Below, in pieces: positions 61,777 through 64,000 of a stretch of DNA of 64,000 nucleotides (position 1 is the first letter of the stretch; every line of letters begins with the position of its first letter). The DNA is from Octopus bimaculoides (taxonomy: Eukaryota). The position numbers and the translations under genes were made by a program. The DNA lies in NCBI RefSeq assembly GCF_001194135.2, contig NC_068987.1, forward strand, positions 4,977,564 to 5,041,563, given 5' to 3'. Under the pieces are notes generated by a model. The model ran no database searches, was not told the origin of the DNA, and was given only the letters and a program-made list of their open reading frames with translations.

Positions 61777-63923
61777 CTGTTCAATTAAAAAGAATATACA
61801 TCAATATATACAATTTTATAAAGTCGATTCAAACATGAACAAGCAAGAAAAAACATGAAAAAGCACGAAAATACAACAACACAAGGACGTGGAAAAAGTA
61901 CAGTGTTATTGGACGCTCAAGAAAGGAAAGAAAAGTAAGAGGATTTAACATTTCGAGCGGAGCTCTTCATCAGAAATATAGGAAAAGTCCAAAGAAGGGA
62001 AGACGGAGAAAGAAAATCGCCAACAATGCAGACGCGGTCACATATTGGAATGACCGGAAGGTAAAGGGTGGAGAAAAAGTTCTTTTCAAAGACAGGAGGG
62101 TGCAAAAGGAGGTGTGTATGTAATGACAGCACGTGTGTGTGTGTGTGTGTGTGTGTGCCACAGCCTAATGACTGAAACCAGTAAAAGATCGAAGATAAGA
62201 CTAACCTGATGACCCATCCAAAATACTTTCAAGTCTTTGTCAGTAAGTGGACGTTTACTAGAGGCTGTCTTTTTGGTAGCATCGCTTCCTCCAGTTCTCT
62301 ACATTCACAGAAAAGCAAGACAAAAGAAATTATAACAAACAGTTTCAAATAACGTACAACACATAGAATAATAGAAGACAAGACACATTTTAATTCATCG
62401 TTATTTCCTTTCTCTTTTCTGAGGAGTAGCCAGGTATTTGCTGTTCAGCAAGATACCTGTTCGTGTCCCTCTAATCATACTTTAACCTCTCGTCAACTGG
62501 CACCTCAGTTGAAAGGGTCTTGCCTTGTAAGATACTTGGTGACTGCACTGGTGCTGGTGCCATATAAAAAGTACTGACTACACACCGTGAAATGGTTGGT
62601 GTTACAAAGGGCATCCAGCAGTAGAAACCATGTCAAAGCAGACATTGTAGCTTGGTGCAATCCTCTGGCTTGCCAACTTCTATTGAGCCATGCCAGCATG
62701 GGAAATGGACACCAAACGAGCATGAATCTAGGATAGGGTCTAAGCAATCCATACAGACAGGACCCAGTGTCGCTTACCTTTTTTTTGTTGTCTGGGTTGT
62801 AATCTTCATGAAACACAGCTTCTTTGAAATTTTTTATTGCCTCTCCAGCTTTCTTATCCATAGCCTTAGTGTCTGGTACTGTAACAATGATGATTAATAA
62901 TAATAATAACGATGATGGTTTCAAATTTTTGCAACAGGGGCAGCTTGGGGGAGGGAGATAAACCAATTACATCAACCCCAGTGTTTCACTGGTACTTAAT
63001 TTATCGACCCTGAAAGGATGAAAGGCAGATGTTAAACGATGAAGATGATAATATATGATGGGTTTCTTTCAGTTTCCATCTACCAAATCCACTCACAAGG
63101 CTTTGGTCAGCCTGAGGCTATAGCAGTGGGACTGAATCCAGAACCATGTGGTTGGTAAACAGGCTACTTACCATACAACCACTCCTGCACCTAGCTATAT
63201 ATATTCAAAAATGAGTTTAAAGGGACATATTATCCTGGTGGTTACCATGTTTCCTCTTAATTCGGTTTCAGATGTTGGCTAACTACAACAGCCATGACAC
63301 TAGATTGCATATCCAATAGTGTGCAGTCAATGTTAATATTTCCACATAGCATGAAATTTTCTTCTTCTTTTTTTGTAAAATATCAGAAATGATGCAGTTG
63401 AAACGTGCATAGGTTCAGAAAAGAATGCTGCAAGTAACTGTTAAAATTATGGGTGTGAAAAAGCTATGTCCTGCTTATCATTATTAATACTTTATGTATG
63501 TGTGTGTGTTTATGTCTGCGTTTGACCCCTATCACCATTTCACAATGGGTGCTGGAACGTGTAAATCCTTTTAACTCAGTGGTTTGCCAAAAGAAACTGA
63601 TAGAATAAGTACCAGGCTTTAAAAAAAAAAAAAGTTCTGGGGGCTGATTCATTCTATTAAAAATTCTCCAAGCCAGCGCTCCAGCATGGCCACCGTCTCA
63701 TGACTGAAACAAATAAACGATAAAAAATATAAAAATAAAATGAACTCCACAATAAACTTACATGTATTATCAACAAATTCATCAGACGATTCCTTGTCAA
63801 GAACCCTGCTTTCAATATGCATCCAATGGTACTTCAGAGGAGGATTGTCAAAGTGGGTGAAGTTGTATTTGATTTTAAGTGATTTGATGATGTCCTTGGC
63901 CAAATCAATCTGTTTGTCTTCAG
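61651..63923 (-). CDS. XRCC6: Ku70 (XRCC6)-like DNA end-binding protein, 3' part: exons 63923-63762, 62878-62778, 62298-62206, 61776-61651; 5' exons right of the window
   Basis: GT-AG exons in phase. EDKQIDLAKDIIKSLKIKYNFTHFDNPPLKYHWMHIESRVLD...DNTLPDTKAMDKKAGEAIKNFKEAVFHEDYNP resembles the Ku70 C-terminal arm (FENPVLQQH...DLTLP...FKELVYPPDYNP), followed by a linker and a SAP domain. Confidence 0.85.
61943..61977 (-). ncRNA. Minimal type-I hammerhead ribozyme motif (Penelope-like element remnant)
   Basis: Minus strand AUUU-CUGAUGA-A-GAGC[UCC]GCUC-GAAA-UGUU-AAAU. Confidence 0.7.
62206..62298 (-). CDS. XRCC6: Ku70-like linker exon (RTGGSDATKKTASSKRPLTDKDLKVFWMGHQ)
   Basis: tgtAG / GTTAGT; 93 nt, phase 0-0. 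Confidence 0.75.
62778..62878 (-). CDS. XRCC6: Ku70-like exon (PDTKAMDKKAGEAIKNFKEAVFHEDYNPDNKKK)
   Basis: tacAG / GTAAGC; 101 nt, phase 1-0. Confidence 0.85.
63762..63923 (-). CDS. XRCC6: Ku70-like exon (C-terminal arm)
   Basis: tctcAG / GTAAGT; 162 nt, phase 1-1. Confidence 0.85.
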
Positions 63924-64000
63924 CTGAGAAGAAAGCAAAAACAACAACCCAATAATGCTGATTTTCAGTTGAGATAGCAAAAACAGTCAAAATATGGTAC

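Overview
AT-rich, intron-rich animal genomic DNA with five N gaps, many microsatellites, SINEs, RTE-LINE remnants and MITEs. The repeat content resembles a coleoid cephalopod (Octopus-like), which is an inference. I reconstructed three spliced protein-coding genes by hand from GT-AG boundaries with consistent phases. (1) FNBP4 (formin-binding protein 4) lies on the minus strand from ATG 16319 to at least 4533; ten coding exons were found, one conserved exon is missing (probably in the 742-N gap), and the 3' exons lie left of the window. (2) A complete Ric-8/synembryn G-alpha chaperone/GEF gene lies on the plus strand, 27849-42899, with 15 coding exons and 580 aa, head-to-head with FNBP4. (3) The last four exons of a Ku70/XRCC6-like gene lie on the minus strand, 63923-61651. 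The most notable unexplained signal is four type-I hammerhead-ribozyme-like motifs, in introns of all three genes and each on the host's sense strand. Two have an intact catalytic core, and one degenerate copy sits inside a small inverted-repeat element. Also notable: a miRNA-like hairpin plus two other foldbacks in Ric-8 intron 1, a Merlin-like MITE with telomere-like repeats between the divergent genes, and an exon-like 5' segment of the FNBP4 intron that splits WW domain 2. No searches or folding programs were run; identities come from recalled family motifs.
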